Assembly: GCF_964355755.1 (NCBI RefSeq)
Contig: NC_092679.1
Span: 3,936,201-4,000,200, forward strand
Reading direction: 5' to 3'
DNA length: 64,000 bases
Source of the DNA: Antedon mediterranea
Lineage: Eukaryota; Animalia; Echinodermata
Part shown: positions 62,287-64,000 of the stretch, piece after piece
Position numbering within the stretch: the first letter of the stretch is position 1
How the letters are laid out: the number at the start of each line of letters is the position of its first letter
Position numbers and translations under genes: made by a program
Notes under the pieces: generated by a model
Seen by the model: only the letters and a program-made list of their open reading frames with translations
The model's database searches: none
Told to the model about the DNA's origin: nothing

Positions 62287-63186
62287 GTACTTTAATTTGA
62301 ATTTCTTTGATTGAACTTTAAAAACATCAAGTACTGTATATGTTAGAAATTCTACACAGTAGGCTGTATGGGATTTTTAAAATACTAGGTCAATTGGACT
62401 TAACATCAATTTTAAGTATCAATAATTGGTGAGACCAGGATGTAAGATTTATGCAAATAATTCCCATTAATCCTAAATCTCTCCTTATAAAATTCTTATC
62501 AGTCACAAATTGAATAGCTCCACAAAAAGAAAAGCATTTTATGACTTATTTTTATTATTTCTTATTATAATGTAATAATAATAATTCTATTCTAACACAA
62601 TTTCACAATTGTAACCATTCGTGGTTTGAATGTTTGTAGTACATTTATTCTAATTGCACAATTAAGTAGACATAAATATTTTTTTTTATATCTATATGTA
62701 ATTTTGGAGAAGATCCCTACCATTATTTAACTTTGCATAAAATGTAACTACTGCAAATAGTGTAATCTGAAACTATTTCTATTACCTAAACTAAGATATA
62801 TGAAACTAGAATTGCGAGATCGAGACTATTATTTAACATTTGCATGCTTTCTCCATAATCAATTACACTGTAAATAACAATGTGTTTTTACTTTCAACAA
62901 GGTTCATTCGTATACTGGTAATTAAATAATATATACAACATATAAATGTAATATAACACCTTATGATGTTTACATTTTTACACTATAATGTTTTCCCATT
63001 TATGCTAATTTCTAGATGTTCTTGTATCATGCATGGCTAATAAAAATGAACCAGTTAAAGTGCAATAGTACACAAAAATAATACAATGATAAATTAGTAA
63101 TTTTAGCGATATATTTGTGATTTTAGCTATAAATTGTTCTACACATTTTAAGAAATCTATGCTATGCTAATGAACTACATTGCTAA

Positions 63187-63410
63187 AGCTGTGTCTACAC
63201 TATCAAACTTTATGTGATGTGCCCATATATGGACATGATGACATCATATCACGACCATATTTGGGTATATAACTACCGTATTTGGGTATATAACTACCGT
63301 ATTTGGGTATATAACTACCATATTTGGGTATATAACTACCATATTTGGGTATATCACTACCATATTTGGGCACTTTTTTTGTCAAACTAGTTGATAGTGT
63401 AGACAGAGAT
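63187..63410. mobile_element. MITE family B with ~6 internal 21-bp repeats
   Basis: taa|agctgtgtctacactatcaaact ... ttgatagtgtagacagagat|tta; repeat unit tatataactaccrtatttggg. Confidence 0.9.
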
Positions 63411-63699
63411 TTATTAAGATTGGCTAATTTAGTGAATAACTTGTTACAGTATAATTAACACTACTTTGTATATTATTATATTGCACTGAATAACATATAT
63501 AACTAGTATAGCTGTACACTCAGAAGGTGGAGATTCTGAATTAAACCACACACCGGGGCAGGAACATGCCATTACAAAATTAACCTAGGCTATGTGAAAG
63601 TGGTATATTACTGTAATTTGTAATAAATAAATTTTGCCAAAGAACAGACTTTAGGAATGTTTAATAATATGGCTATATCAATCAAATGATACTAAAGTT

Positions 63700-63830
63700 A
63701 AGATGTAGGTGCAACGCAAGGAAATTGACCAAAGACAAGCGACAGTTTGGATAATCCATCGCTTGTGATTGGTCAAATTACTTGTGTTGCTTCTACGTCC
63801 TTGCGTTGCATCCTAGTGGGAACCAAATAT
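63700..63830. mobile_element. MITE family A, 5' truncated
   Basis: ttgaccaaagacaagcga...tcgcttgtgattggtcaa...ctagtgggaaccaa. Confidence 0.75.
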
Positions 63831-64000
63831 TAAGGTTAACATGTGTTATATCTTCAATTTTATCTTTAAAAAAAACCTAAAATGTTACATATACAGTACT
63901 GAACACAATTAAACTATCATTAAATATACAATTTCTTAATATAAATAAAAATTGCCAAATCAAATTTTAAACAAATCATAATTTATAAAATTAAAAAATA

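Noticed and set aside
63203-63385. PKYGSYI-repeat peptide (and similar ORFs at 18696, 50241, 51813)
   Set aside because: Internal 21-bp repeats of MITE family B.

Overview
AT-rich, intron-rich animal genomic DNA, most likely from a non-vertebrate marine metazoan (inferred from Phe99-type calmodulins and a Deu/Nin-like SINE; the taxon cannot be fixed from sequence alone). Five spliced genes can be built by hand with GT-AG introns and consistent phases. Three are tandem calmodulin paralogs on + (1531-8066, 10968-18955, 27871-35042). One is an 18-exon AREL1-type filamin-repeat/HECT E3 ligase on - (53266-41013, ~943 aa). The last is an 8-exon carotenoid oxygenase of the BCO1/BCO2/RPE65 family on + (56464-61408, ~529 aa). 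The rest is intron/intergenic DNA with Harbinger- and hAT-type MITEs, tRNA-derived SINEs, L2/CR1 LINE ends, a Helentron-like element and minisatellites. Main observations: (1) exon-by-exon mosaic identity among the calmodulin paralogs, suggesting exon-limited gene conversion; (2) an AREL1 with an extra ~190-aa N-terminus (signal peptide, two SAM-like repeats, then a TM helix), suggesting a receptor-like HECT ligase; (3) a carotenoid oxygenase with both a mitochondrial-type presequence and a C-terminal SKF; (4) tiny hairpins with 7-bp target duplications that resemble P-element excision footprints; (5) a perfect 72-bp spacerless palindrome.
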